A stretch of DNA of 64,000 nucleotides. Origin: the human T2T-CHM13v2.0 reference genome, Homo sapiens. The notes below the pieces were generated by a model. That model was not told where the DNA came from, ran no database searches, and was given only the letters and a program-made list of their open reading frames with translations. Position numbers and translations under genes: made by a program. Within the stretch, counting starts at the first letter, position 1, and every line of letters begins with the position of its first letter. The stretch lies in NCBI RefSeq assembly GCF_009914755.1, contig NC_060929.1; one strand, given 5' to 3'. Shown here in pieces: positions 41,911 through 60,400 of this stretch.

Positions 41911-44474
41911 TGTCTCTTAATAATATATCAATTAGTAACAAATATCCTCAAGTTATCACCAAGGATCACTTAAATTGTGCTGGTCCAGCCCTTCATGTGT
42001 GCTGATTTTGCAATTATCAATAATCTGCAACAACTGATTTAAATACTTAACAGAGATATCAATTATAAAAGAAAGAGTTAAAGAAAAAATAAGGAAAGAG
42101 CAAAATAATAATTATAATTCATAAATAATATTTCATATATTGGACATACTGTATTTTATCCATTCATTGACTGATGGACATATGGATGGAAAAGAAAGGA
42201 ATGATAGGAAAAGGAGGACGTACTAGCATGAGAAAGGAGTTGATTGTCAGACAACATATTATTTTAATGTCCTGAGAAAAATAAGTGTTAATCTAGAATC
42301 CTATATTCAGACAAATGATCTAACAATTTGGGGCTCCCAAGAATGTTCTATGACTTTCCCTTGATGCCCAGTGTTCCAATTTCCCTTACATCCCTCTGCC
42401 ATGGAAAGCTGTGTTGGTTTCATTGACACCTTTCTAACCAGGATACCCTTGCCCCTACTATTCCCTCTTTTCTCCTTCCTTTCTGATTCAATTTCTCTTC
42501 TCTAAATTTTTCTAATTCTTTAAGGATCAGTTTGAGTGCCTTTCTTTGCAGAAGGAAAAATCCTCTTAGAAAAAAAAATGAACATTATGAACATATTCTC
42601 TTCTATGTTAAATTGTCAATCTCTTGTCACCACAAAATAGTATTTTATGTGTTAAAATTCTCCATATCTCCTAGTAGAATGTCATCTGCATAAGAGGTAT
42701 GAATATACATATAAAATTTTAGTAACCTATTAAGGAAAATCTTATTGAATTATTAATGAAGAATGTTTCTGTGACTTGTATTCAAAGCTAATTTCTCAAA
42801 TCTTGATTAATTACAGAATTTTCTTCATCTATTATTGTTCGCTTTCATAATTATAAAACAGCATACCTCATTCAAAATATCTTAATATTGTAATTTTCTA
42901 CAACTCAAGGAATTGTACTATCTGAGTCAGTGACTTCAATTGGCTATATTTGGCTGTATGCTTAACTGCATACACGTTCACACACAGCAAGTTTAAAAAC
43001 TCACGGAATATTTAATATTAGATGTAATTTCAAGAGTACAATTTCAGAATATACATATAGTTTTATTTACATTATGAGGTACTTTTCATTTGATTTGATT
43101 TCTTCTTGTATCCCTTGAATACATAATTGGATTATTATGGATTATATAATCAAGGGACATAAGAAGAAATGCATTATTCTTGAATAATATTCCCTTTATC
43201 AATGCCAAGGAAAGTTATACAAATGCCTGGCTTGAAAAAACACAGGATCCATATTTTATCCAGAGACAATGTAAACAAATTAGTTTCAACACAATAGATT
43301 TTGGGGTAATACAGAAAAATGTTAAATTAAAGAAAGGAAATCTGGTCATAATAAAAAGTGGTTACAAATATCATTGAAAACTAAAAAGGAGGTAGAAAAG
43401 AACTATAAATATTTAAATATTAACTAAAATTGTTTATTAGAAACTTTCTAACTCTGTGTGGCACTTGAATGGTAATACTGGTCTTCTAAATCCCTGTGTC
43501 TGTTTGTGACCAAAGAGCTGCCACTAGACCTTATAAGGCATCTTTGTTCTTGTTATTGAGAGTTGTGGTCAGAGCTAAAGAAGTCCATGGCCTATAACTG
43601 TATCTGAACTTCATTTTACATGGCTATACGCTCTTTGAACTAATATTGCTGTTTCAAGATTACTGCTCAGAGAATTACTATCCCACTGGTTCACTGCTGA
43701 TTTTTCTATTTAGAGCAGAATTGTTAAAAAGCACATTGACTGAAGTAATATCAAAGATGTATTTGAGTGCTAATGATCCAAGATCTTAAGAAACTATCCA
43801 AGGGCCATGGACAATAACAGATCATTTTTATAATATATAAATTATAAAGGTCAATTATAATTTTAGAGGATAAAAGTAAGTATTGGTAATGATGATATTT
43901 GCCCTGCCAAATATCACAGGGCTGCAGGACAAGTTTGCTAATATTCTAGAATTGCTCTTTTCAAACTAGATTTCAGAAACTCCTAGAGCTGTACTAAAGA
44001 GAGGCTGAGTTACATACTGGGTAAGCCTGGCCCCAGCCAGCAACCTTCAGTTCAACAGAAAACAAATGTTAGAACTGTGTAGTTTTATAAGAAGTTAGAA
44101 TCTATACAGCAAATTAATTCTCTTTTATGATCATTTTGGATAAACAATTTAATTCTTTCTAGAAGATAAATACCCAATGCAACATATTAATTGCTTGACT
44201 GGCTTTAAGTTCACTGAGTCCATCTGTCTATACTATGATAGATAGTGAAAATCACATCCCTTGTTTCATTAACATTTAGGTAGCAGATGAAATTGAAAAC
44301 CCACATATCTGAACACTTCCCAATGTATTACACTTAATAAAAATGAAAACTGTTTTCATTTTGGCAATCTTCTTCACTGCTGAAGTTACCTCTTCTGACT
44401 TTATAAATTATATATTGATATTAGTTTTCTTGTGAATGTTTATATTATCAAGGCTTCTTACAGACTCAGTTTTA

Positions 44475-44567
44475 TTTTTTTTATTATTATACTTTAAGTT
44501 CTGGGGTACATGTGCAGAACGTGCAGGTTTGTTACATAGGTATACACATGCCATGGTGGTTTGCTGC
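44475..44567 (-). mobile_element. Very short (about 93 bp) 5'-truncated L1PA7/8
   Basis: TTATACTTTAAGTTCTGGGGTACATGTGCAGAACGTGCAGG; TSD AGACTCA(G/A)TTTTA at 44462-44474 and 44570-44582. Confidence 0.92.
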
Positions 44568-46341
44568 TTAGACTCAATTTTAAAGCTTGCTATAAGTATT
44601 TTCTTTTGATAGTAACATTATCACACTTTGTCAGTGGGAATACTATGTGTTTATAATATTATAATATAATATTAGATTAGATTAAATATAATATTCTATC
44701 TGTAGAGCAAGGTTTAAGATATATCTTTATTTTTATGTATTCATTCATTAAAGCAGCATTCTCAAAGTAGGTCTGGAGACTTTAAATAAAAATAGTATTG
44801 TTGATCAAAATGTGGGCATTTAATATTATTCCACAATACTGGTACTTGGTAGCTTGGAGTTACTAACCTCTAGGCCACTGGGGTTACTAACAAAGCCGAA
44901 ATATATTCTTGTTAATCAAATGTGCTCACATCAGTCTTTCCTTTTTAAATTTAATTTTGTAAAATATTTTGCTTTAATTTTAGTCTGATATAAATTGCTA
45001 AATATTTATTCTTTATAATATGTTTACTAAAACTCTTATACCCTCAGTCTCTTCTTTCTAATAACTCTCATACAACTTACTGACTACCATGCTATGGCAA
45101 TTTCATTGACCTTGAAGGTTTTCACCAAAACTATTGCTTCTCTTTCATCATTGTTTGAAACAATTCATGAAGTATTGTGATTTCTTATTTGAAATAATGA
45201 AACTAAATAAAAATTTACATTAAAAATCAGAAAATGATGTTAAAGTTAAATACAGTTAATCTAAATTTTTTCACATAATTTGATTTCGTGAGTTTACTTT
45301 TCATGTAGCTTTTCTCATTCTTATTGCATCACAATGCAAATCGTTTGCATAAATTCTGCCTAAGAAATAACATATTTCATAACACAATTACTCAATTTCA
45401 ATAAAGAACCAGATATTAACATAGAAAGAAATGCAGTGTTGCTCAAGATTTGATTAACAAAAAAAATTGCAAAGAATGTGTTTTTGCAGCTATCTCTAGT
45501 CAACATGTCTAGTTTTTGAAGGTCAAAAGGAAGAAAATAATAGAAGAGAAGTTAGCCAATCAGTCAATTCAATAATGGTAACAATAAAAGTCAAATATAA
45601 TTATAAATTGGTAGGAAGGAATACTAAATAGATTTTTAAAATATTTGATCCTTTATACTTAGATTTAAAAATATATATTTACTATAAGATTAGTGTATCT
45701 TTTATGGAAAAATGGATGTAATAGTCAGTTGCTTAACAATTGTGTATCATAGTTGTGTATGTAAGTCTATTGTGTGTGTGTTTCTACCCTGAGCTGTAGA
45801 ACATGCCAAAGCATGGGCACAAAGTAAACAAAACATTTTCAGATGGAGCCAAGATAAATAATGATATCAATCTAAGCTTAAAAAAAATCAAACAACTAAC
45901 AATAGCTTGTGGCTAATATATGAATGATAGGGATAGACTGCAATTTCTGAGCAAAGCTGTTTTTAATAACCATGTATATCAAAGCATCAGGGAACACTCA
46001 ATATCTTAAAATGTTCTTACTATACTAAGTTTGTAAGCATATTCCATTTAAAAATTTGGAAAAACAAAAGCCTAACAATCTAGATGTGATGAATACTCAT
46101 CCAAGGTTGTCCAGAGACATTGAACTTTGGCAAGAAAAATATAAGGTACTGTATTTTGCTCTAAGCAAAGTTTCACAAGGTGTGATCTGCAGACCACTGC
46201 TGGTCAAAAACTCTCATTGCTCTATGCTTTCACAACATGGAGACCAACAGTGACAAAAAGAAATTACCTGTAGAAGGTAATCTATTTTCCACTGACCTTC
46301 AAAATACCAATCCATATTTGTGTTTAATATTTTGGATTCAG

Positions 46342-50640
<4,299 letters not shown>

Positions 50641-51129
50641 ACTGTTCAACTGGTTAATTTTAATTAAAATGTAACACATATCTTGAACAATATGCATTGC
50701 TTTGTTTAAAAGTTTGAAACATGTAAGAAACCTTGAATTTTTTCATATTACTAGGAACCTGTAAATGTTGTTCATTGCTTGTAAAAATGAGTTTGCATTT
50801 TTTGTTTTTAATTTGCTTTAAATTTGAATTGAATTAAAGCAAAACTGACATTTCTAGGATTTATTTTTATTTTCTTGATAAGTGCTCTATGTAACTCGAT
50901 AGTCAGCAGGACACACTTGTAGATTTTCAAAAAAATACCACCTCTGCCTTATACCGACTTTGTCTTTTGGCTTTATGGAATCATTAAAATGAATTGTGTT
51001 AACAAATTAATGTTTTAAAATGAGTATTTTGGATTCCATTTTCCCAGTATTCCACGTTAATTGTGTTGTATACAGTATCAATCTTTCAAGAATTGAGTAA
51101 TGAAAATCAGATGTAATATTATCTGAATC

Positions 51130-51225
51130 GATGATTAGCAAATGACAGCCTACTGGCCAATTTTTGCCTGTTTCTGTAAATAGAGTTTTGTTGGAACATA
51201 GCCACTATCATTTGTCTGTGTATAT
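51130..51225. mobile_element. MER58 (hAT) fragment
   Basis: GCCTGTTTCTGTAAATAGAGTTTTGTTGGAACATAGCCA. Confidence 0.65.
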
Positions 51226-51337
51226 ACAGCAGTAGTAGTAAGTCCATATCAGAGAAAATATTTTTGATCTTTTCAAATTCTCAAGTATGTTAATTCATTT
51301 TGAGTGCCATGATTAGATGGATATGAAGAAAGTTCAG

Positions 51338-51774
51338 AGTTACCAACTTGTCCGAGTCCAATGAGTCAGAACATCCGCACACACATCCAAACATCCATGA
51401 AGTCAGTTTATAGATGGGCGGCAAGGAGTAACAGAAACTTGGGATTCACTGTGAGCTGGTTCCCTGAGGCTCAGAAAAGCTGCTTGGGTTAGACGGAATT
51501 TTATCTGCATGTGTCCCACTTGCACTGACCCTGGAGGATTCTAGAAAGCAGCAATCCTGGGTCTTATATGCCAGGGTCCCAGGAGACTCTGGGATAAGGC
51601 ATGAAGGACATCCTGTTTCTAGCAGGGAGACTAGAACATAGAATGCTGTTCAGGACAATTTCTCCTCTTCTCAGAATGTTGCCTTCCTAGCACATTCTAT
51701 GGTTATTCTTGAAAAATACAAGCAAGAGTTGGGGGAGAACTGGGTAGACCCAAAGCCACCTGAACTGTTTTGCA
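51338..51774 (-). mobile_element. MER70-like ERVL solo LTR
   Basis: Reverse complement TGCAAAACAGTTCAGGTGGC...ACCCAGTTCTCCCC...CAAGAATAACCATAGAATGTGCTAGG. Confidence 0.75.
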
Positions 51775-52287
51775 GTGGGATTTATTAATAAACATTATTT
51801 ATGTCTAATACAGTGAAAATATGTTAAATGTATCACAGAGAACTACCAGAGTAAACTGTTTTAATTGATTATGATATATTGATTAGATTTTAGGCATCTG
51901 AATAGAATTTCTGAGCAAGATTGACATGAATTTATATATTGTATTATTGTAGCTTAGAGCTATGATACATTATTATAACTCTTCCCAAAATACATTGACT
52001 TTTTGAAAACAGATTTCTATCAAGATTAATCCAGAAGCCATCTATATTTTGAATTGACATCCCCAACACGTAGCAGTGGTGTCAGATATTTAGTTGATGC
52101 TGAAAAATCTGTTGAATAGATCAATGTTAAGAAAGTCTTTGAAATGAAATATATCACTTAAATGTAAACCTTCCTCAAGATAAGTAGAATTTGGAAATAG
52201 ATGGACTAAAACCTCTTAAAATTCTTAATTTTATTGCCAATTATGGTACAAAGGTTTTCTAATATATTAAGTACTTTATTTAAATAA

Positions 52288-52706
52288 CAGACAGTTCCCA
52301 ACTTACTGTCATTTGACATGGTGTTTTGAAACTTTATGATGTTATGAAAGCAATACAAATTCAGTAGAAACAGAAATGCAAATTTTGATTTTTTACTTTT
52401 GCTGGCTGTAGATATATGGTACAATACTCTCGTGTAATACTGGGCAGTGTGCCACAGCTCCCAGTTAGCCAAATAATCACAAAGGTTAACAGCCATGAAT
52501 TATTCAACACTTAATTATAAAATAGATTTTATATTAGATGATTTTGTACAACTATAGGCAAATGTAAATGTTCTGAGCCTGTTTAAGGTAGGCCAGGTTA
52601 AGGTATGACATTTGGTAGGTTAGGTGTAGTAAATACATTTGACTGACAATATTTTCAACCTATGATGGATTTATCAAGGCTTAACCCCATTGTGAGTTGA
52701 GGAGCA
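52288..52706. mobile_element. MER47/Tigger5-type DNA transposon
   Basis: CAGACAGTTCCCAACTTAC start; AACCCCATTGTGAGTTGAGGAGCA end. Confidence 0.8.
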
Positions 52707-52838
52707 CAAAAAACGTTAAAGCTTTTTTATTTTTTCCTTACTTTACCTCATTTGGGATGAAAATGTTTTCTGTTATTTATGTCTGGAGATCTGAATCACA
52801 ATGAACTGTGAATCAATAGTATTTTTGTAGGGGCTTTA

Positions 52839-52932
52839 AAAAATAACTTTATAATAATCTCTGAATTCTCTAGGTATTGTCTTGTATCTTAAAAATAACT
52901 TTATAAAAATCTCTGAATCCTCTAGGTACTGT
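52839..52932. repeat. 42-bp direct duplication (3 mismatches) abutting the HERV-L breakpoint
   Basis: Copies at 52839-52880 and 52891-52932. Confidence 0.9.
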
Positions 52933-55900
52933 ACCCACTTGATTATTAAACTCCTCTTCTTCTGAGGTCACACATTGATGAGCACTCCCATGGGATACAA
53001 ATATCTTCACAGTTTTTGACCACTCAGAGAGGTCCAGCCACATACCTCTTCCCCAAATTTCTTTGTCAACAATATTCCAATCATGCTTCTTCCAAGTCCC
53101 TGACCATCCAGCCAAACCATTGGCTACAGTCCATGAATCAGTATGTAATCGCACATCTGGCCATTTCTCCTTCCATGCAAAGTGCACAACCAGGTACACT
53201 CCTCGAAGTTCTGCCCACTGGGAAGATTTCCTTTCACCGCTGTCCTTCAAGAATGTCCTAGAAAGAGGCTGTAGTGCTGCTGCTGTCCACGTTCAAGTAG
53301 TGTCTGCATATCATGTAGAACCATCTGTGAACCAGGCCCTATTTTTCTCTTCCTCTGTCAACTATTATATTGTCAACTCCCCATGAGGCCATCAGTGCAG
53401 GCTGGAGGAGAGAAGGCAGGGTGGCAGTAGTGGAGACCATGAGAATTTGAGGCACTTCCTCATATAACTTACTTGTGCCTTCAGGACCTGGTCAAGATCC
53501 ATCACATGTATACCACTGTCATTTGATGATGGAATGCTGCTATGCACAACCCACTTTATGACTAGATGGGTCAGAAAGCACCCAGTTCATGATAGGCAGT
53601 TCAGGCCACATGATGACTTGATGACCCACAGTTAAATGTTCAGTTTCCACCAAAGCCCAGTAATAGGCCAAGACCTGTCTCTCAAAAAGAGAGTAGTTAT
53701 TTGCAAAAGATGGCAGGGACTTGCTCCAAAATCCTAGAGGCCTCCGCTGTGATTCACCTATGCGAACCTGCCAAAGGTTCCAAACAGCATCCTTATCTGC
53801 TGCTGACACCTGAAACACCATTGGATCTGCTGGGTCATATGGCCCAAGTGGCACAGCAGCTTAAACAGCAGCCTGGACCTTAGCAAAGCCTTCTCCTGTC
53901 CTGGAACCCACCCAAAACTGGCAGCTTTTCATGTCACTTGATAAATGGGCCAGAGTAACACACCCAAATGAGGAATGTGTTTCCTCCAAAATCCAAATAG
54001 GCCCACTAGGCATTGTGCCTCTTTCTTGGTTGTAGGAGGGACCAAATGTGGTAACTTATCCTTTATCTTTGAAGGAATATCTCGACAGGCCACACACCAC
54101 TGGACCCCTAGAAATTCTACTGAGGTAGAAGATCCCTGAATTTAAGCCAGATTTATTTCCCATCCTCTGGCATGCAAATGTCTCATCAATAAGTCCAGTG
54201 TGTTTGCTACTTCTTGCTCACTGGATCCAATCAGCATAATGTCATAAATGTAATGGACCAGTGTGATATCTTACAGAAGCGAAAAGTGATCAAGATTTCC
54301 TCTGAATAAGATTATGACACAAAGCCGGAGAGTTGAAATATCCCTGTGGTAGGACAGTAAAGGTATATTGCTGGCCTTGCCAGCTGAAGGCAAATTGCTT
54401 CTGGTAGGCCTTATGAAAAGGAATGGAGAAAAAGGCATTTGCCAAGTCAATGGCTGCATACCAGGTACCAAATATGTTAATTTGCTCAAGCAATTAAACC
54501 ACATCTGGTACAGCAGCTGCAATTTGAGTTACCACTTGTTTAAGCTTATGATAATCCACTGTCATTCTCCAAGATCCTTCTGTCTTCTGCACAGGCCAAA
54601 TAGGAGAGTTGAACTGTGTTATGGTGTGAATCACCACCCCTGTGTCTTTCAAGACAAGTGGCACTAATCTCTGCAATCCCTCGAGGGATATGATATTGTT
54701 TTGATTTACTATTTTTCCAGGTAGAGGCAGCTATAATGGCTTCCATTTTGCCTTTCCCACCATAATAGCCCTCATCCTATCAGTCAGGGAGCCAATGTGT
54801 GGGTTCTGCAAGCTGCTAAGTATACTTACGCCAATTATGCATTCTGACACTAAGGAAATGACCATAGGATGAATCCAGGGACCCTCTGTAAGTCAGACCT
54901 GAGCTAAAACTCCGTTAATTACCTGACCTCCATATGTCCATACTTAAACTGGAAGACCACAGTGATGTTTTGGTTGCCCTGGAATCAGTGTCAGCTCAGA
55001 GCCAGTGTCCAGTAGTCACTGAAATGTCTGATCACTTCCCCTTCTCCAAAGCACAGTTACCCTGGTAAAAGGCTGGATGTCTCCTTGGGGAAGGATGGGG
55101 GAAAGATTCACTGCAAAAATTGTCTGGAGTGTGGTGGGATCCTTCTTAAGGGAAACTTGGCCTCTCCTTCATTCAAGGGGTACTGGGTCTGTAAACTAGC
55201 TCCAGTCTGGAAATTGATTGAGGGGCCATGACTCTCTGTTTTTATAATTCAGATTAGTCTTTTGTCCATTCAACCTAGAAGTTTTCTTCTTGTATAAATT
55301 AAGTAGGAATGCAGTAGGCTTCTTGTCAGTTTCACTTCTACGAACACCATGATTAAGTAGCCAATGCCAGAGCTCTACATGGGTCAAACTATTCTGATAG
55401 CTGCTTTGCTTCTGCTGTATATTACCGTAGCTATGCCCATCTTGCCTTTGATGGTTGAGTGCTGCCACTTGGCCCCCCCCACCTTGGGATCGAATTATTC
55501 CCATTTTATTTAAATTTTGTAGTTGAGTGATGGTGGTTTCCAATGTTAGCTCTGACATAAGAGAAGAGCAATTACAGGGTGCTTCAAAGATGCAGGTGCT
55601 GCTCTCACAAATGTATTTTGCAAGTCATTGCTCAAGGATATATCTTCTGGACCCTCCCAGCTGGGATAAGTAGGTCTAAATTGACTAATCCACTCCATCA
55701 TCCCAGTCTCCCTAAGCCTTTGGATCCCTTCCTCTGTATTAAACCAAGGGAGATCAGGCATTTCCAGCTTGCTCACAGTAGACCATCTTTATATTTCAGC
55801 TAACCAAGCAAATGAACTATTAGAACCTTTTTTAACTCCCTGAGCTGCAACATTAAATGCAGAGTCACTACTCAGCAGGCCCAAATCAATAAACTCAGCC

Positions 55901-56959
55901 TGATCCAGCTCTATGTTTCTTCCATCACTATCCCATACCCTCAATATCCATTCCCATGCCTGTTCTTCAGATTGCTATTTATACAGATAACTCAAACAGT
56001 TCTTTCTGAGTGTAGCACACCTCCTCATGGGTCACACTCTCAACCTCACTTCTAGGGGCCCACCAGGACTTTAGTCTAGTTATAGGTCTAAAAGCAAACA
56101 GAGGTGTTGTGGGTGGTTTCTGAGGAGAATCAACATTATCTTGCCTAGCAACTCCATCAGGAGAGACCATCACTGTTGCCTCAGGAGTGCAGGGTTTATC
56201 TCTTCAGACAAAGGTGAAAAATGCTGATGGCAGCATGGGTCAGGGAGGAGATGTTGCCACTACTGGGGATGGGGAAGCTGTTCTGTTCCTTCTGGCAAAA
56301 AAGTTTCAACAGAGTTTACAAACTCAGTGTCCCCAGTTTCATCATGTTCCTCCCACATGTCCCCATTCCAAGTTTCAAGGTCGCCTTCTTTTCCAATCAA
56401 TGCCCTCACTTTAACAGTAGACACCTGGCAAAGTTGTGCCTGAATCTTTCGTTGCAGGTCAGCTACTCACACGATAAGAGCTTGTGTCTGTTTATTCACA
56501 ATTTCAGCTCTTTCTCTACAGGGGATAAGACTCTCATTCAGGACAATCTTAGCAGATTTGGGGCTCAGTATCTGCTTCTGAAGCCAGGAGATAGAATCCG
56601 TGAGTTCACCATTTTCTTTCATCACTTTGTCCACTGTAGTAGCAACCAACCACCTTCATTATGTTCCTTGGTTCTCCACATATGGTCAAAGATATTAATG
56701 TATAAAGTCACTAAACTCCTTGCCTCTCACAAGCAGTGAATCAGGAGTGTCAAATGCATTTATTTTGCATAACTCTCTAAACAGTTTCTGCCAAGGACTA
56801 TCAGTGTTTTGCATACTATTAGAGGTAGAGTCCTTAGCATTTTGGGGACTAATCATATTAAGCAGCCAACTCCAGAAACCTCAAAACCAACAAAGGAAGT
56901 AGATCCTTAATATTCTGTTCCTCTAGAACCACTCCCAGTATCAAAAGAGTACCAAAATC
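52933..56959 (-). mobile_element. HERV-L internal region: decayed gag, protease, RT and RNase H; truncated before integrase and the 3' LTR
   Basis: Protease LLDTGSELTLIP (54980-55015); RT WRMTVDY, YAAIDLANAFFSIP, VLPQGY, YIYD (54241-54252); RNase H SSQWAEL...LHTDSW. Confidence 0.95.
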
Positions 56960-57416
56960 TGTATTAGTCAGGGTTCTCTTAGAGGGACAGACTAATTGTG
57001 TGTGTGTGTGTGTGTGTGTGTATAAATGTATATAAATGGGAGTTTATTAACTATTAACTTACATGATCACAACATCCCACAATAGGCTATCTGCAAGCTG
57101 AGGAGCAAGGAGAGCCAGTTTGAGTCCCAAAACTGAAGAACTTGGATCCAATGTTCAAGAGCAGGAAGCATTCAGCACAGGAGAAAGATGTAGGCTGAGA
57201 GGCTAGGTTCATCTCATCTCTTTGCGTTTTCCTGCCTGCTTTATATTTGCTGCCAGCTGATTAGATTGTGCCCACTGGGTTAAAGGTGGATCTGCCTTCT
57301 CCAGTTAATTGACTCAAATGTTAATCTCTTTTGACGGCACCCACACAGACATACCCAAGATTAATACTTTGTATCCCTCAATCCAATCAAGTTGACACTC
57401 AATATTAACCATCACA
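56960..57416 (-). mobile_element. MLT2A 5' LTR of the HERV-L, with an internal (TG)n
   Basis: Reverse complement TGTGATGGTTAATATTGAGTGTCAACTTGATTGG...GAGAACCCTGACTAATACA. Confidence 0.93.
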
Positions 57417-60400
57417 GCTTCTTTTGTGGATACCAACTTGGTGAGTTGTTTCTATTTTAGGGCTATTATTGATAAGCTATGAACAAGGGTTATACAGGTC
57501 TTTTGTGGACATATATTTTCTCTATTTTGAATATATACTCATAGTATCACCATTTCAGAAGATAACATATGTTTAACTCTCTGAAATTACTGTCATTATC
57601 AAAAGTGGCTGTGCCATTTTAAACCAGCAATGTATAAAATTCAAGCTGTTTCACCTGCTGTCCAAAATTTGACACACTTATTTTTATTTACTGATTCTAA
57701 TGGATGTGGGATAATATTTTATTGTAGTTTTAATTCATATTTCTCTTGTAAGTAGCACTGTTGACCATTGTTCCATGTACTTTATTATATATTTGATTAT
57801 CTTCTTTAATGAATTCTATGTCCATGCCTTATAATATTTTTTCTTTTATATAAATGTTGATCTTATATTACTGAATTTAAGAATATATATATATATATAC
57901 TCCGAATAGAGTCCTTTGTCAGATGTTTGTGTTGAAAATATTCTCCAGACTTTGGATTGCATATTTTTTTTCCTGTTTCTTTTCCTTTTTAGGTAAACAT
58001 TTTCCATTTTTAGCATTCCAATGTATCAGTTTTTTATTTATGATTCATGCTTTCTGCATATGCACAAAGAAGTCTTTGCCTATTACAGATTGAAATACAT
58101 TACCATATCTTTTTGTCTGACACATTTATTATTTTAGTTTTAAATTTAGGTCTCTGATTCATTTCAAATTAATGTTTGTGTATTTTGTGAGATAGTCATT
58201 ATGTTTCTTTTGTTCACTCTTCTCATCTTCTCAACACAAATATCTACTTTTTCCAGCACAATTTAATGAAGATGTTTTTATTTCTTTATCAAATTTCCTT
58301 GCAGGCTTTCTTAAAACTTGTTCAATTACGTCTGTTACTCAATTCTCTGTTATGCTTTACTAAGACAATACCGTACTTTCATGATGATTGTAATTTTATC
58401 ATAAAGTAACATTTTTCAAGTGGATTTTTTCAAGATTATTTTGATTTTATTGATCTCTACCTTTACAGATAAATTTTAAAATTAATTTTGTCAATTAATA
58501 CACAAAAGTTTGCTAAAATTTTAATTGAGATTTCACTGAATTCATAGATCAATTTCAGAATTGATATATTAGTAACATTAAATCTTTTAATCCATAGATA
58601 TGGTATAGTTCTACATTTATTTAAATCTTGGCTTATTCTATCGTGGTTGCTATAATGAAGTGCCATAGACTGAGGGGCTTATGTACAACAGACATTTATT
58701 TTTCACAGCTCTGGAAGCTATAAGTCTGAGACCAGGAAGCCAGCATGGTCGCATTCTGGTGAGGTCCCTCTTCCAGGTTGCAGACTGCTGACTTCTTGCT
58801 GTGTCTTCACACAGCAGAAGTAGCAAAGGGCTCCATCCTCATGACCTGATTAAGCACCAAAGACCCAGCCTCCTAATATTATCACATTGGATGTCAAAAT
58901 TTCAATATAAGAAATATGGGGAGCCAAAACCATTGTCTACAGCAAATCTGCGGTTTTTGTCATCAATAATTTATAGCTTGGACTGTAAAAAGTATTTAAC
59001 TTTTAAATTAATTTTATACTTCCATACATAATGATTTTTGATACTATTTTAATTAGTAATTTTAAATTTCAGTTTTTAATTTTTACTTTTGAATTTGGCT
59101 TTATCTTGAAATATTCTAAATTTGTTTATTGTATGTTATACCACTCTTGTTAAGTTCCTTCATTTTTTCATGCATGCAATCTTCCCTTCTCAGAATTGAA
59201 GGAGTTTTACTTCTTTCTTTTTAATCACTATTCCTTTAATTTTCTTATCTTATTGGACTGACTAATGCACCAGTATAAAATTGAATAAAAGTGATGTGAA
59301 TAGTATTCTCATCTTGTTTTGATCCAAGTGGAAGAAGCATTAAGTATTTTATTTTTAAGTATGATGTGATCTGTGGACTTTTCATAGATGTGCTTTATCA
59401 GGTTGAGGAAGTCTCCTTCTATTTATACTTTGCTAATATATTTAATAGTAAATGGATATTATACTTTGACAAATGCATCTCCTGACTCTGTTGAAATTAT
59501 CAAATAAGATCTCAATATATCAATGTTATAAAAACAGTCATTTTTGAATGATACATTATTCTTATGTCCCTGGTAAAACCATCGTATGTTAATGTGTTTT
59601 TATTTTCCCATATTGATAGATTTGATTTGCTAATATTTTAATGACTTTTGCATCTGTTTTCATAAGAAATACTATTTCATAATTTTCATTTTTAGGACGG
59701 GTAATATCAGCGTCTGATTTTGCTATTAGGCTTGTATTTGTCTCATACGATGAATTGAGAAGCCCTTGCCCCTCTATTTTCTGAAAAAGCTTATTTAATG
59801 TTGATATTCTTTCTCTCTTAAGTATTTGACTACAGTCATTACTAAAGCATTCTAGAACTGATTATTTTGTGAAAAGTTCTTTATGAATTAAATTTGAAGT
59901 AGATATAGGAATATTTAGATTGTTCATTCTTATTGGAAGGATATTGGTTTTATGCATCTTTTAAGTCATTCTTGCATTCCATTTTGTTTTTCAAATTTAT
60001 TGGTATTGAGTTCTAAAAATATCCACTAGTTATCATGTTAACATTTGTGAGACGTGTAGTGGAGACCCCTCTTCATTTCTGATATCACTAATTTGTATTT
60101 TCTTCTGTTTTCTTCAGCATTCAATTAGCAGTTCATAAAATTTTAATATTTTTGAAAAAAACTTTTCACTTTATTGATTCTTTTATTTTCTTTCTGTCTT
60201 TTATTTAATTGATTTATATTGTATTTTTATTTTCTGTGTTCCTCTTATTGCCAGTTGACCTATTCTTTTTCTAGTTTTTTTTTTTCCATCATGTACTTAG
60301 GAGCTTTGCTCTAAGATGAATCCACATTTAGTACTATGGATTATTGATTAACCAACCCCTTTAACTTTATGAAATGCCCCTTCTTATATTCTTGAATAAA

